Assembly (NCBI GenBank): GCA_965112735.1
Contig: OZ218958.1
Span: 1,612,001-1,676,000 of the forward strand
Origin: Phaeosaccion multiseriatum
Taxonomy: Eukaryota; Protista; Ochrophyta, other classes
Direction: 5' to 3'
Length of the DNA stretch: 64,000 nucleotides
Positions 62,696 through 64,000 of this stretch are shown one piece after another; within the stretch, counting starts at the first letter, position 1, and every line of letters begins with the position of its first letter. Position numbers and translations under genes: made by a program. The notes under the pieces are model-generated. The model searched no databases and had not been told where the DNA came from. It saw only the letters and a program-made list of their open reading frames with translations.

Positions 62696-63126
62696 ACACA
62701 CACAAACACAGCCACTCACACGCACACACACTCCCTCTCACTCTCTCCCTCTCTCCCACACACACACACATACACACGCAGGCCTCATCGATGAGAATGT
62801 GCACTTCCGCCACACGGCCCGCTACATCAACGCGCTCATCTCCGCTCGGAAGCCGTACGACTTGCTGCTGTTCCCCGACGAGAGGCACTCGCCCCGCAAG
62901 CTTCAGGACAGAGTGTACATGGAGCAGCGGATAAGCGACTTCTTCGTCAAGGTAAGTAATGTTACGTAATGTATTATGTGTAAGCTAGAGTGCTTGGCTG
63001 ACTCGCTGCCCTTCTCTCTCTCCCTTTCTCTGTCTGTGCCTCCCCTTCTGTCTCTTCCTTTCTCTCCCTCTCACCCTCACCCCCTCCCTCCCTCTTTCTC
63101 TTTCCCTCCCTTTTTCTGCCTCTCCC

Positions 63127-63215
<89 letters not shown>

Positions 63216-63262
63216 CTCAGTATCTGATGACCGAACCTCCCGCGAAGGTCTCACACCTCTGA
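56717..63262 (+). CDS. Dipeptidyl peptidase IV family (S9B; DPP8/9-like, no membrane anchor), 12 exons
   Basis: [54 protein letters not shown] nucleophile motif, [27 protein letters not shown]. Last exon 63221-63262 reads [13 protein letters not shown]. Confidence 0.94.
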
Positions 63263-63556
63263 CTGCTAAGGAATAGGTGTTGACTGCGAAGGAAGGGGTG
63301 TTGCTGCCTGCCTACCTGGCTGCCTGCCTACCTGGCTGCCTGCCTGCCTGCCTACCTACCTACCTGCCGTGCTTGCTTACTTGATTGCGGAAGGAGGAAC
63401 GATTGATTAGTTATTAGCAAAGGTTGTTACCCTGGGATGAACTTAGTAAAGTACTGACGTAAGGGGGGGGGGCTGCTGAGGCGGCTCCTCTTCGATAGCA
63501 TGCTAAGCTAATCTAATTCAATTTGAGCTTACAATTGGGGGGGCTCGGGCTGATAA

Positions 63557-64000
63557 TCCTGCACACACACGCAGCTCGACGCTCTCGGCGAGAAACGACG
63601 CCCCATCGCAGTAAAGGAGACGCTCACCCGCCTCTTTCACTCCACCCACGGCATCCACTACAAGCCCGCCTACCAGGAGGCATTCGAGAGCGTCGGCCAG
63701 CTTGGCGTCGCGACGAAGAACGGCACGGAGAAAGTCGCCAAATCCGCCCAACTGCTCCACGACATGGGCTACTGGGTCGCTACCAGCGACCTCCGCAACG
63801 CCCATAACGAAGTCACAACCGCGGCCACGCTCACGGGAACCGCCCTCGTCGACCCCCGTGGCATCGAGCACAACATCGCCGCCCTTGGGAAGGACCGCGA
63901 CCTCATCTACCTGTCTGACGACGGCAACCAGCTGCTACGCACCAACCGCGGCAGCGGCGGACAAGGCGACCCCGAGGCCAGCAAGAACTTCTGCTGCGCA
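63557..64000 (+). mobile_element. Non-LTR retrotransposon reverse transcriptase fragment, CRE/SLACS-like; continues beyond the window
   Basis: Open frame LDALGEKRRPIAVKETLTRL...GQLGVATKNGTEKV...SDLRNAHNEV...GSGGQGDPEASKNFC matches RT domains 1-4 (RPIAVGE, QLGV..gG.E, DxxNAFN, QGDP) of early-branching non-LTR clades. Absent from the ORF track because it has no stop in the window. Confidence 0.8.

Overview
Eukaryotic, intron-rich genomic DNA with GT-AG introns filled by microsatellites; the gene set suggests a flagellated stramenopile/ochrophyte-type protist (inference). By splicing exons manually I find: the last exon of a peroxisomal dienoyl-CoA isomerase (ECH1-like, ends SKL), an ERICH2-like gene, a decayed intronless pseudogene, THUMPD1/Tan1, a large ankyrin+WW+coiled-coil kinesin-14 (minus), PRP6, a legume-type lectin (minus), a SET/Rubisco-LSMT-type methyltransferase, a class C (GABA-B-like) GPCR with a bacterial-type sugar solute-binding ectodomain, an ACBD6-like protein (minus), eIF4E (minus), an S9B dipeptidyl peptidase ending in SHL, and a CRE-like non-LTR reverse transcriptase running off the right edge. 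The most striking structure is a 2.6-kb fold-back palindrome (30109-32692, 3-nt loop). It is built from a decayed HUH (rolling-circle Rep-type) endonuclease gene plus one orphan ABCA-transporter exon. Two short motifs (GTTGGTGATACA and CCATCCACTGCCATCC) recur across the window in both introns and coding exons. Most ORFs in the supplied track are microsatellite artefacts. All family assignments are from motif recognition, not database searches.
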